From IMG/VR virus record IMGVR_UViG_3300000103_000003, positions 11,643-75,642 of that record: a stretch of DNA of 64,000 nt, one strand, 5' to 3'. This DNA comes from a virus. How positions within the stretch are numbered: position 1 is the first letter of the stretch; every line of letters starts with the position of its first letter. The position numbers and the translations under genes are program-made. Below the pieces are notes generated by a model. That model was not told where the DNA came from. It searched no databases and saw only the letters and a program-made list of their open reading frames with translations. Shown here in pieces: positions 29,460-38,828 of the stretch.

Positions 29460-29692
29460 TGTTGGACGATAGATTAATGTGGCTGTGGGCTATTGAAAAA
29501 TGTCAGGAAAAAATTAATGCAGCTAATAAAATATTGGATGAAGCAGGAGCCTTCGATGTACCGTCAGCCCTGCAAACATTTTTAGAGGATTTCATTAACA
29601 GAATGGAATTACATATAAAAGATTGTCAAGAAAAAATTAAAGAATCAGAAAATGAACGCGACGAGCAACTTAAAAGAGGAATTAATCAATAA
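29459..29692 (+). CDS. Hypothetical coiled-coil protein
   Basis: ORF coupled to its neighbours. Confidence 0.75.
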   Translation: MLDDRLMWLWAIEKCQEKINAANKILDEAGAFDVPSALQTFLEDFINRMELHIKDCQEKIKESENERDEQLKRGINQ

Positions 29693-29693
29693 A

Positions 29694-30047
29694 ATGAGAA
29701 AGAACATGTTTAGCCAACTTTTACTGGATAAACGCTTTCAGTCTTTACATAGACAGTTAAATCATGTTATGAGCTGGGATATAGAGCCGGAATACGCCGC
29801 CATTATTCTTACAGACACCAATATCATTGGTTTGATTTTTCACGAACCTGTATTTGTTGCTCCCAATCAGCCAGATATGGTAGTTACTAAATCTACAATG
29901 GAGTGGCGAGTAGCACCGGATTACATGAACGCGCTTCGGAATATAGAGACTAATCAACAGGATATAAAAACCAAAATAATTAAATGGCTGACGGTTCAGG
30001 CTCCGGCTGTTAATTTAAAAACAATTTTTGAACATTATGACAAATAA
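29694..30047 (+). CDS. Hypothetical protein
   Basis: ORF track 29652..30047; start adjusted. Confidence 0.7.
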   Translation: MRKNMFSQLLLDKRFQSLHRQLNHVMSWDIEPEYAAIILTDTNIIGLIFHEPVFVAPNQPDMVVTKSTMEWRVAPDYMNALRNIETNQQDIKTKIIKWLTVQAPAVNLKTIFEHYDK

Positions 30048-30483
30048 AAATTCTAACATTGCTGTTGTAGACCCTACGAGGCATTTCTATGCAGAAAAAG
30101 ATTTGCTTATAGTAGCGGTTGACTTCGATGGTGTTTTAGTTGATTCGGCGTATCCTAAATTGGGGTTGCCGAAACACGCGTACCATGAGTTATTAAAGGA
30201 ACTCAAAAAAAACGGTTGGTATATTATTCTTTGGACTTGCAGGTCTGGGAATGAACTTGCAGCAGCGATAAATTACTGCTTAGAGTGTAAAATCCCTATT
30301 GACCGCGTAAACGACCACCACCCAGAAATGATGCAGAGATTCGATGGTAAATGCAGCCCTAAAATTCACGCGGATGTGTATATCGACGATAAAAATGCTA
30401 ATGGTTTAGCTTCGGCTGATGATATTTTGGCGTATTGTAATTCACTTCAAGACCAAATACAAAATGGATGCACTTCTAAATAA
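30037..30483 (+). CDS. HAD-superfamily phosphatase
   Basis: VDFDGVL, LWTCR, K..ADVYIDDK motifs. Confidence 0.9.
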   Translation: MTNKNSNIAVVDPTRHFYAEKDLLIVAVDFDGVLVDSAYPKLGLPKHAYHELLKELKKNGWYIILWTCRSGNELAAAINYCLECKIPIDRVNDHHPEMMQRFDGKCSPKIHADVYIDDKNANGLASADDILAYCNSLQDQIQNGCTSK

Positions 30484-30910
30484 GGCTATTGATAGAGTGA
30501 ATAGCTTTTGTAACTTAGTTCACATGTGGGCTAAGAATCAAGGATTCTGGAAGTTACATGATATTGCGGCTTCCAGTAATCAAAAAGGTGGTTTTAAAGC
30601 CATAAAACACGCGCTTATAGCGCAGAAATTGGCTTTAATTTCATCAGAGTGTGCCGAAGCATTGGAGGCTGACCGTAAGGGCTTGTATTGTACTAAGTAT
30701 GATTTAGAAAGTGTTGAACAGGCTCCTGACGCGAATAAAAAAGAAATGTTTGAGCAACATATTAAAAATTCTATTGGTGACGAACTGGCTGATATAATCA
30801 TCAGAACTGGTGACTTAGCCGGATACCTTGAAATAGACCTGCAAAAACATATTGCGCTCAAAATGGAATACAACAACTCTAAACCTCAATGGAATGGCAA
30901 ATCCTATTAA
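30464..30910 (+). CDS. MazG-like all-alpha NTP pyrophosphohydrolase
   Basis: LALISSECAEALEADRK...DELADIIIR..DL...IDL..HIALKMEYN. Confidence 0.85.
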   Translation: MDALLNKAIDRVNSFCNLVHMWAKNQGFWKLHDIAASSNQKGGFKAIKHALIAQKLALISSECAEALEADRKGLYCTKYDLESVEQAPDANKKEMFEQHIKNSIGDELADIIIRTGDLAGYLEIDLQKHIALKMEYNNSKPQWNGKSY

Positions 30911-31295
30911 AAACTTCAAAGACTGTAAGATTTCAGAACAACTCTATATGGTTGTAGGATTAGATATTATAACCGTAACCATTACAGGATTATACAGTCG
31001 TCCTTTTAATACGATAGGTGTTCAGTGTGGAAAGACCATACCAGAATTTGTAGTCAATAAAGACCTTAGTATTGCCAGACAAATAAAAACAGAACTTGGT
31101 GATGATATTTCTGTATGTGTATCAGCTTATGATGCGAAACAATTAAGAATTGAAAATCGTGATAAGTTGTTAAAAGAAATGGAAAGAAAGTTTATCTCCC
31201 AGTTCCGAACATACAAAAAATATACTCCAGAGAAATACGATGCCCTTAAAAGGCGCGTGGAGAAATTGTTTCAAATGGCAGACCGTAGTTTGTAA
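30894..31295 (+). CDS. Hypothetical protein
   Basis: ORF track 30852..31295; start adjusted. Confidence 0.7.
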   Translation: MANPIKNFKDCKISEQLYMVVGLDIITVTITGLYSRPFNTIGVQCGKTIPEFVVNKDLSIARQIKTELGDDISVCVSAYDAKQLRIENRDKLLKEMERKFISQFRTYKKYTPEKYDALKRRVEKLFQMADRSL

Positions 31296-31311
31296 CCTTA
31301 CAAACGAACAT

Positions 31312-31358
31312 AAAAATACCCCGGTAGGATTTTAATGTCTTACCGGGGTATTTTATTT
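31312..31358. terminator. Bidirectional intrinsic terminator
   Basis: TACCCCGGTAGGA/TCTTACCGGGGTA stem between convergent genes. Confidence 0.9.
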
Positions 31359-31674
31359 ATAATGGTATGTAATCTCCTATATTGGGGTCTTTAAAGTTTT
31401 TAATTAAATTATTTACAAGTCCAATCACATAAGTGTTTCCATTAGAACCTTTTAAACATACTGAATATCTAAACATACTAATTTCTTTAGGGCTGCCATT
31501 TTCAAGTATTTCAAATGTATAGCCGGGTTCATTAATATTGATAATTGTAAATTCTGTGTTATTAGGAATTGTTCCTACCATCATAATACCATCATATCCA
31601 GCAACATAACACGGAGTATCTGGAATGGCATTGTATTTACTTTTAATGTATTGTGATAATCCTTCCATAATCAA
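31357..31674 (-). CDS. Hypothetical protein
   Basis: ORF track; operon context. Confidence 0.75.
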   Translation of the reverse strand: MIMEGLSQYIKSKYNAIPDTPCYVAGYDGIMMVGTIPNNTEFTIININEPGYTFEILENGSPKEISMFRYSVCLKGSNGNTYVIGLVNNLIKNFKDPNIGDYIPL

Positions 31675-32165
31675 TTTTCATTTCTTATTTTCATGGCAGC
31701 AGCAAATCCGGCTTGGTAGCCTTCTTCGTATATTAGCCATTTTGCTTTGTTTGACATTTTTATATTTAACTCCGTTAGCTTTTCAATTTGCTCTTCTGCT
31801 TCACTGATGTCCAGCTTCATCTCAATGACAAGAGGTTTGGCAGCTTCTTTCCAGTTTCTTTTCTTTTGTTTGTTCATGCTTTTTGTAAATTTATTAAAAG
31901 ATTGTTCTAACTCATTTAGATTCCAGCCATTAACACTGATGTTCTCATAACACTCTAATAATTGTGGTGGAATTTCTTTGGTGGCTCGCACCATCGCTTC
32001 TTCATATTCTTTTGCAGCATTTACAGTAGCTTTGAAAAATGGGAATTTGCTGACTGTTGTACATGCTGTAAAAAAATTAGACGGAAGGGTTAGCCTTAAT
32101 GCGTTTTGTGGCAGATTTGTTGTATTTTCTGGCATTTGCTTTGCGTTGTTGTTTGAAAAAATCAT
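31671..32165 (-). CDS. Hypothetical protein (start uncertain)
   Basis: ORF track; the 5' end overlaps the upstream ORF. Confidence 0.65.
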   Translation of the reverse strand: MIFSNNNAKQMPENTTNLPQNALRLTLPSNFFTACTTVSKFPFFKATVNAAKEYEEAMVRATKEIPPQLLECYENISVNGWNLNELEQSFNKFTKSMNKQKKRNWKEAAKPLVIEMKLDISEAEEQIEKLTELNIKMSNKAKWLIYEEGYQAGFAAAMKIRNEN

Positions 32166-32307
32166 TCATAGCTTGAAAGCCGATTATCGCGCCTTCATAA
32201 ATAGGGTCTTCCACCGGAGTGGCAGTTTTACGTTTCTCCTGAAGGCTACCAAGTTGGTCGTCAACAAACTTCCAAGCCTCTTTTAATTGTTGTTCTGCTG
32301 TTTTCAT
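32077..32307 (-). CDS. Hypothetical protein
   Basis: ORF track. Confidence 0.7.
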   Translation of the reverse strand: MKTAEQQLKEAWKFVDDQLGSLQEKRKTATPVEDPIYEGAIIGFQAMNDFFKQQRKANARKYNKSATKRIKANPSV

Positions 32308-32320
32308 TTATTTCTGGGAT

Positions 32321-32602
32321 TTATATTTCACGACAATGCCCTATGTAAGAGATATTCTCTATTGATAGTCTACCATTAGATAACTCTCGGTCATTATTGT
32401 AAGTTTGTACAAACTCTTTAATAACTTTTGGTGATATACGATTTCTAATATTCCTAAAGTTAGTAAATGTCACCTGTTTCTTTGTTCCTAATATTGCAGA
32501 GAAATTGTAAACAGCTTTACCAGTTTTAGTAATATAAGCGTATTTCACATAATACCAATGTTCCTTATCCAGTCCGAATAAGCGTTTAAAGTAATTTTTC
32601 AT
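32321..32602 (-). CDS. Hypothetical protein
   Basis: ORF track. Confidence 0.7.
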   Translation of the reverse strand: MKNYFKRLFGLDKEHWYYVKYAYITKTGKAVYNFSAILGTKKQVTFTNFRNIRNRISPKVIKEFVQTYNNDRELSNGRLSIENISYIGHCREI

Positions 32603-32801
32603 TTAATTTGCGTTTTAATTGTAGAATATAATTTGCCACACTCTCAAATGCGCTTCCGGCTCCTATATTGTGACGTTTGATATTTTCATCATCAATATTG
32701 GCATTAATGCGGCTATTTGCCACACTTTGGCTGGAATAACAATAACTTAATAAATCATTTAATATTTCTCGTGGTGTCATTAAAGCGGCTGTTGCGTCCA
32801 T
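32586..32801 (-). CDS. Hypothetical protein
   Basis: ORF track. Confidence 0.65.
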   Translation of the reverse strand: MDATAALMTPREILNDLLSYCYSSQSVANSRINANIDDENIKRHNIGAGSAFESVANYILQLKRKLNEKLL

Positions 32802-33364
32802 GATTGTTGTTTTGTAAATATTTGTTCGTTAATAATGCCCTTTAACTCGAAATATGAAATAGGTCTGAAATTATTATTATCAACTCCAACATCATATTGA
32901 GTAGGGCGCATATTGCATGTATAACTAAGACGATTTTCTGGTGTTGTGTGAATATGACCGAACACTTGCCAGCTTCCTCGGAATGATTGGTTCCATGCTA
33001 TCATTGGATAATGGCAGCAGACGATTTTCTGGTGTTGTGTGACTGTACCTCTGGATTCAATCACATTTATCATCATTATCCGGTCTTCGCCTTTATCGTG
33101 GTTGCCGCCAACACATAATATCTGACCGTTTAATTTCTTAATCATGTTTTGATATTTCTCACTTTCTGGAGAGGCTTTCCATACAAAATCGCCACAATGA
33201 ACAACAAGAGCATTTTTAGGAACCGTTCGATTCCAGTTATCAATAAGAGCCTCGTCCATTTCTATTACATTCGCGAATGGTCTATTACAATGATTGATAA
33301 TGTTCGCGTGATGAAAGTGTGTGTCGGATGTGAAATATACATCCTCTGCTTTTACGTTTATCAT
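32780..33364 (-). CDS. Calcineurin-like metallophosphoesterase
   Basis: SDTHFHH, GDF, GNHD, CHYPM and FGHIH motifs. Confidence 0.92.
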   Translation of the reverse strand: MINVKAEDVYFTSDTHFHHANIINHCNRPFANVIEMDEALIDNWNRTVPKNALVVHCGDFVWKASPESEKYQNMIKKLNGQILCVGGNHDKGEDRIMMINVIESRGTVTQHQKIVCCHYPMIAWNQSFRGSWQVFGHIHTTPENRLSYTCNMRPTQYDVGVDNNNFRPISYFELKGIINEQIFTKQQSWTQQPL

Positions 33365-33612
33365 ACTTGTTCAAAAATATGGGGTGTAAAATTAGTTAAA
33401 AATGGAATCACATTCAGTATTCCTTCAGGAACACCGTCATATTTATTTGAGGAAGCAATCGTAAACCGGGTTACTTTTTCTGGTAGCTTGAATAACGCAC
33501 ACCAAGTATCTGGTTTATTTATCTTTTGAAAGATGCCTATAAATTCATATTCAACTTCATAGTCTTTGTGAATATGATATTTATGTCCGGGGATTAAGTC
33601 ATTTACTGTCAT
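33361..33612 (-). CDS. Hypothetical protein
   Basis: ORF track. Confidence 0.7.
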   Translation of the reverse strand: MTVNDLIPGHKYHIHKDYEVEYEFIGIFQKINKPDTWCALFKLPEKVTRFTIASSNKYDGVPEGILNVIPFLTNFTPHIFEQV

Positions 33613-33624
33613 AGTCCTGCAAAT

Positions 33625-33930
33625 TTAAAATCCAAGTTGTCTTAACCAATTCGATAGAGGCTGATAACTGTAATACCATTTTCCAGTACTTATGTAATGA
33701 AATGGTAAGAACGCCAATAAAGCTAATATCGTCAGAATACCTAATGGAAGAGTAAGCCTCACTAAGACCGGAGTAGTTTTCTGTTTTGTTTTTATTAGCT
33801 GGAGTTTGTTTTTTCTTAATACATCCTCAATCCACGAAGCAGAGATGTGTTTAAACTCTGGGAACGCATCCTTTAATGCACATGCAGAGCTAAAGTAACT
33901 CATTTTTCTTTCTTGCCAAAATTTTGCCAT
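33625..33930 (-). CDS. Hypothetical membrane protein
   Basis: One strong hydrophobic segment; first gene after the promoter. Confidence 0.75.
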   Translation of the reverse strand: MAKFWQERKMSYFSSACALKDAFPEFKHISASWIEDVLRKNKLQLIKTKQKTTPVLVRLTLPLGILTILALLAFLPFHYISTGKWYYSYQPLSNWLRQLGF

Positions 33931-33958
33931 AATATATAATTTAATAATTAATAAAGCA

Positions 33959-33990
33959 CAAATATACGGAATATTTCGGACATTACCAAA
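33959..33990 (-). promoter_or_regulatory. Bacteroidota primary-sigma promoter
   Basis: TTTG-N20-TATATTTG on the minus strand. Confidence 0.8.
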
Positions 33991-34298
33991 TGTTTTTGCA
34001 ATTATTTTTTGCAGGGCTGGAAAAAAATTATTTTTAAATAGCCCTGTGTCGTTTTGTGAAACTGGAGAATAAGGCTCCGATTATACGCGTATAATTTATT
34101 AGCCCTGCAAAATTATTTTTCAATTCATCAACAACTCCAGTGACAATATATCCTATACAAACAATAACAACACAAAACAATAGAGAAGGCACAACACCAA
34201 ATAATGTAAAGCCAACAAATAACCCTTCAGAATAAAACCGGGTGTCGGAACGTTTTCTCAAAAACGACCCAAAAATTTTTTGAGATACACTTTAAAAC

Positions 34299-36322
34299 TA
34301 ACTTTCTGTATATCAGCTTGCGGAAAACAAAATGGAGCCTTAAATCCAGCTGGCAAATTATCTATCGAAATATGGAGATACTTTGTGGACGTTTGAAAAT
34401 GCTATATCTCGCTAAAAGCATGTGTTATTAATACGTTATAGCGAGTTATAATTAGTTGTTTCAAAGTAAAGATAGAAACTTGCCAGCGTTTTAAGGCGAT
34501 TTAAGAGGCTCAAATTTAATATGGATATATACCTCGGAATTTTAATTACTTCTTTAAATTCGGATTCGTAACGTATATATTCTATATTTGTTACATGTTT
34601 GTCGCAAATAACACCAATAATTGCGACAGGCTTAGAACACCAGTTTAAATTAAGTGTTAAAATGCAAAATACATTCACAATTCACGAAATGCGAAATCGG
34701 GCTTACAGGTATCTCTTGTATCGGTCGCTCCGGGAGAGAATAAAAAAGTTTTTAAGAACTATATGGGTAGGAATATACCAGTCGCGCATATCGTCTTACA
34801 GAGCGTACAGAGGCACATCACCAGAACATCCACAGAACTTAGACAAGGTGTCCAAGAAAATGTCCGAGTATGGCGGCACGGTGGAATGAGTGTGTTTGGG
34901 GGGTTATTTTGTCAATTTACTGGAGGAAGACCCAGTGTAAGTACGGTACTCGCACCAGAAAAGAGGGGGTGGTCGGTTTTTTTATTTTTTAACATTAGCC
35001 CCCTCCAAACACCGATGAAATCGTCATAGTCTTCACATTCATTAAGTTAATTATTTTAACATTTTATTTTCTAATTTCATAACTCTTTGATTTACAATTA
35101 ATTAAAAAATAAGTTTCACTTTTATAAGTAGTAAAACCTTGATTTACAAACAGTTATCTAAAAAACGCTAAAAGACTGATTATCAAGTATTTAGCGTTTA
35201 GATAATCCCTTCTTTTTTTTTAACTACTTGACTATTAAACCTTTAAAAAACCACGAAAAACACTGCAAAACACACAAAAAACATTTATTTCTCCATTCGT
35301 TGAAAAACGTCATCTATTTTCTTTTAAACTATTCATTTTCAGTCAATTAAATTATTTTTAATTTTAAAAACACTTTTTAATTTTAAAAACACTTTTTAAT
35401 TTCAGATTAAAACTTTTTCATTCGTTTTTCTTTTAATTTATTATATTTATTCGTTCACAAACTTACAATTTATAAGTATATTTATATCTATCTTTATTTA
35501 AACCACTGAAATACAACCTTTTGTATTGTCTTCTCCGAAGACTGAAAAGAAAAGGACTTTTTGTACTACAAAATTTTATACTTTTATTGTGTATTCCTTC
35601 TCTATGTATATATATATTGTTTATTCTTTTTCCTTAAAAATATATTTCCAGACCTACGCACGCGCACGCGTATGTATGCGTATGCAATGAATGTTATATA
35701 TACTTTATCTTATTGTATGTTGTTTATCTTATTATTGTATCTCTTCTCTTATACTATTTATTCTTTGTTTTAAAAAATATTTTTTCAGGACTAAAAGCAT
35801 ATACACCGATGTACATTTATTCGTCCATTGTCGAAGTAAGAATAGATACAACACTATTATAGTGCGAAAATAGCAACCAGACAAGGCAAATTTGCACCCA
35901 TTTTTATTTAAAACGTTGAATATCTTTATTTTAAGTCAAACTATAAAATTTAGTTTATCGCGTTCCTGTTCGCAATTTTCATTTTTTATTGTATTTATTT
36001 CCTTAGGCGTATTTTGTTGCAAAATATATTTTCAGTCCTGAATGAAAAAGCATCTATATTCCACTGAACACCAGTATTTTATATATCAAAAAATAACAAA
36101 ATACTATGTTTTTATAGTCCTATTTTCTTAAAGCGTTTATTTTCAATGTTTTAAACAAATAAGAAAAAAGACCTTTATAAGTTGTTGTATTTCAGACTAT
36201 TAAAAACTAACTATCTATATATCAAGCTCTCCAGAAAAATACAAAAAACCGATTATTTCCATTTTATAAAACATTGATTATCAATATAGTTATTTTATAA
36301 GTGACTGAAAAACAGTTATTTA
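34299..36322. repeat. Dispersed cluster of a degenerate 25-bp dyad (TAA-N4-YTG-N5-CAR-N4-TTA-like)
   Basis: About 11 imperfect copies, e.g. 35080 TAACTCTTTGATTTACAATTAATTA, 35132 TAAAACCTTGATTTACAAACAGTTA, 35169 TAAAAGACTGATTATCAAGTATTTA, 36178 TAAGTTGTTGTATTTCAGACTATTA, 36298 TAAGTGACTGAAAAACAGTTATTTA. Confidence 0.7.
35355..35402. repeat. 19-bp tandem repeat, about 2.5 copies
   Basis: TTTTTAATTTTAAAAACAC twice plus a partial copy. Confidence 0.75.
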
Positions 36323-36425
36323 TATCATCAAAAAAGTTTATTTTCGGTTTCGTCCTTGAAACTGGGGGTTTCGTCCTCGAAAACGGCAGTTTTGTACAAT
36401 AAAAATTTTTATTTTAAAAAAAGTA

Positions 36426-36455
36426 GTTGAGATTTAAAAAGTCGCTATATCTTTG
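36426..36455 (+). promoter_or_regulatory. Primary-sigma promoter (early region P1)
   Basis: GTTG-N18-TATCTTTG. Confidence 0.55.
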
Positions 36456-36584
36456 CTTTCGGTTTCAAGAGAGAAACACTTTTTTAAACTTCTTTATTTG
36501 TTTATTATTAAAATACACTATGCGACGGTTTCCATGTTGAGATACAGCACTAAATAGAGTTTAATAATTTTTAACATTAAAAAT

Positions 36585-36615
36585 TTTGTAGTTTAAAATA
36601 TCGTTACTTACTTTG
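36585..36615 (+). promoter_or_regulatory. Primary-sigma promoter (early region P2)
   Basis: TTTG-N19-TTACTTTG followed by CA; one mismatch. Confidence 0.55.
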
Positions 36616-36860
36616 CAACCGCAAACGAATAACAAAGGTTATTCAATAAAACAAAATTCTTTATTCTCCATGCGAAAATAACACTATGCAGGAGTGAAAC
36701 AAAATACTAATAAGTAGCCGAGTGTTAAACGGTTTAGTTCATTGACGTACTGAAAGACTTATAAACGTGGAAATTTAAAAAAGCGTATCTTATAAGGACA
36801 AAAAACAAGTTATCAAAAATAATTTTCGTAGTTTAGACGAAACAATATAACGATAACAAA

Positions 36861-36920
36861 GCGGTTGTAAGCCTGAAAATAGGGTTTAACTTGTAGCGAT
36901 AACAACAACCGCACAATATT
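36861..36920 (+). ncRNA. tRNA-like mini-structure 1 in the early leader
   Basis: 7-bp stem GCGGTTG/CAACCGC enclosing a hairpin plus TTGT-AGCGATA-ACAA, followed by ACAATATT. Confidence 0.6.
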
Positions 36921-36946
36921 TATTAATCATTTTAATTTTAAAAATT

Positions 36947-37465
36947 ATGAAAACGAAAAATTTAGTACAAAACGAAGTATATTTATATTTCGCACCAGAT
37001 TACAAAACAGCGCAATATGTAGAATTTTTGGGCTATTGGGAAAACAACGATGTTTGCATATTTTGTTTAAAAAACAATGATATGCGACTAACAAAACAGC
37101 AAGTTCGCACCTGCATTTTTGATGCAAGTAACGAAATTTCAGAACTTTGTGAGGACGTTTTAAATGTTGCTCGCAATAACCCAAACGGGTTTACTTATAA
37201 CCTCTTAACGGAGGCTAAAGAAACAAGCGGTTACAGTGTTGCTTATGCTGCAACTCAAAACAATTCAAACGACTTTAAAAAGGCGGTTAAGCACGCTTTA
37301 TTGCATCGTGGTATTGTTGGCGGTTGGATAGATAGCGAAACCAATACTATTTATATCGACAGTGTTAAAATACTGCATGATAAAAATATGGCTATTGAGG
37401 TCGGCAAACATGAAAAACAAATTGCTATTTTTTGCTTAGACGAAATGACCGAAATAAGGCTATAA
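36947..37465 (+). CDS. First early gene; conserved phage hypothetical protein
   Basis: GFT...GYSVA...VGGWID...YIDSV...AIEVGK..KQIAIF pattern recognised from other phage proteins. Confidence 0.85.
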   Translation: MKTKNLVQNEVYLYFAPDYKTAQYVEFLGYWENNDVCIFCLKNNDMRLTKQQVRTCIFDASNEISELCEDVLNVARNNPNGFTYNLLTEAKETSGYSVAYAATQNNSNDFKKAVKHALLHRGIVGGWIDSETNTIYIDSVKILHDKNMAIEVGKHEKQIAIFCLDEMTEIRL

Positions 37466-37471
37466 GCCTAA

Positions 37472-37525
37472 GCCGTTGCAAACGTGGTTTGATAATGGGA
37501 GCAATACCCACAACGGCACAATATT
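37472..37525 (+). ncRNA. tRNA-like mini-structure 2
   Basis: GCCGTTG/CAACGGC stem, CAAAC-GTG-GTTTG hairpin, TGGG-AGCAATA-CCCA hairpin, then ACAATATT; covaries with structure 1. Confidence 0.65.
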
Positions 37526-37546
37526 AATTATTAAATTGAAAAAATT

Positions 37547-37780
37547 ATGTTACATTACGAAATTATTGCGGACGTTGTAAATTCGTCGCTTTCAGTGAAT
37601 GAAGTTGTAAACGCGCTTACTATGTTAGGGTATGTTTATTGCCCTTTAGGTAGCAAATATTTTGGTTATGCAAGCACAACGGGCTGCATACAGTCAATTT
37701 TTGATTTGCCTGAAACGGCAAAGGAATATTTGCCAGTAGAAAATGAAATTAACGGAATTATTGAATATTATAAAAATTAA
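37547..37780 (+). CDS. Small early hypothetical protein
   Basis: ORF track; A-rich initiation region. Confidence 0.75.
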   Translation: MLHYEIIADVVNSSLSVNEVVNALTMLGYVYCPLGSKYFGYASTTGCIQSIFDLPETAKEYLPVENEINGIIEYYKN

Positions 37781-38166
37781 TGATTATGAAAAATTTAAAA
37801 TTTAGTTTGCTTTGTGGCGCGGTTGCTTTATGCGCTATGTTTTTAGTGGTTGCTTGCTATCCAGCAAAACAAGCGGTAAATAGTTTAGAGGTTGCAAAAT
37901 GCCATATTCAGGATTATGACATATACGATATAAACGAAAAATCGTATATTATACCGTTTAACCTTGTCGATGGGTCGGACGGAGAGTGTGAACTGTACGC
38001 GGAATTGCTGGACTATCCAGCCTACACTAACCGAATTATAGCAGAGGCAAACGACGCTGTTATAGTTGCAGCAATAAAAGTCTGTCTTATGAAAAATGTT
38101 GAGGTAAACAATGTAAATGTAGCCTTTATAATAGAGGCGGCAATACTTTTTGATATGGATTTATAA
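37780..38166 (+). CDS. Putative lipoprotein
   Basis: MKNLKFSLL... signal-like segment ending LVVAC. Confidence 0.6.
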   Translation: MIMKNLKFSLLCGAVALCAMFLVVACYPAKQAVNSLEVAKCHIQDYDIYDINEKSYIIPFNLVDGSDGECELYAELLDYPAYTNRIIAEANDAVIVAAIKVCLMKNVEVNNVNVAFIIEAAILFDMDL

Positions 38167-38172
38167 ATAATA

Positions 38173-38192
38173 TTGCAGGGCTGGAACTTCAC
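38173..38192 (+). terminator. GC-rich hairpin (terminator or processing site); the 3' arm extends to about 38200
   Basis: GCAGGGCTGG-AACTTCA-CCAGCCTTGC. Confidence 0.5.
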
Positions 38193-38354
38193 CAGCCTTG
38201 CACCTTAAACGGGGCTTAATTGCTGGCGTGCTTTGTGGTCGGGTCACAAAATAAGGGCGTTTTAAGTTAGTAATAAAATTAGTTGGCGGCTGGGTGTTGT
38301 GAAAATAGTTAGCCGCTTTTTAAAGTGAATTATAAACCAAAAAAATATATAGTT

Positions 38355-38618
38355 ATGGAAATTAAAAATTATTTAGAGCTATTAAGCCATGCGCAAAAAG
38401 CAAACATATTGCAGTCGAATTGTGAATATGTTATTTTTGATGTAAGCGTTTTTAACACTGGGTCGGTTATTCGTGTAGAACTTACAGACAAACGGGCAAT
38501 TTTAGACGAAATTAAAGTATTTTCTTATTTGCCAAATGGCGGCAAAATAAATGTAGCTGGCGTTGCTTTAAAACGTAATAACAGCGCGAAATATGGCTTT
38601 ATTTTATTAAACGATTAA
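38355..38618 (+). CDS. Small early hypothetical protein
   Basis: ORF track; start adjusted. Confidence 0.75.
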   Translation: MEIKNYLELLSHAQKANILQSNCEYVIFDVSVFNTGSVIRVELTDKRAILDEIKVFSYLPNGGKINVAGVALKRNNSAKYGFILLND

Positions 38619-38629
38619 AAAGTACAATT

Positions 38630-38818
38630 ATGAAAAAAGTACGGGATATTAAAAAGGGTGAATTTATTCGCCTAAAAGATAACGATAAATCACCAGTTTG
38701 GGTAAAAGGTGAATATGTTCGCGAACTGAAAAAATATAGCCTTACAAAGTTTGACGATGTAAATGCAGAAAAACTTGTGAGCGGAGATAAGATAGTTTAT
38801 GTTGGTTTCACTTTTTAA
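38630..38818 (+). CDS. Small early hypothetical protein
   Basis: KKGEFIRLK...VWVKGEY...VYVGFTF pattern. Confidence 0.8.
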   Translation: MKKVRDIKKGEFIRLKDNDKSPVWVKGEYVRELKKYSLTKFDDVNAEKLVSGDKIVYVGFTF

Positions 38819-38828
38819 TTTTATAGAT

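Noticed and set aside
35836-35870. CTATTCTTAC as another late promoter
   Set aside because: The upstream AAAC box is missing and no gene lies downstream.
34034-35873. ORFs inside the 3-kb island (34034, 34436, 34599, 34763, 35561, 35691)
   Set aside because: Overlapping, compositionally biased and lacking coupling to neighbours. 34034..34261 has a hydrophobic stretch and cannot be fully excluded.
33991-36946. CRISPR mini-array
   Set aside because: No identical 25-45 bp repeats with regular unique spacers; the dyads are degenerate and irregularly spaced.
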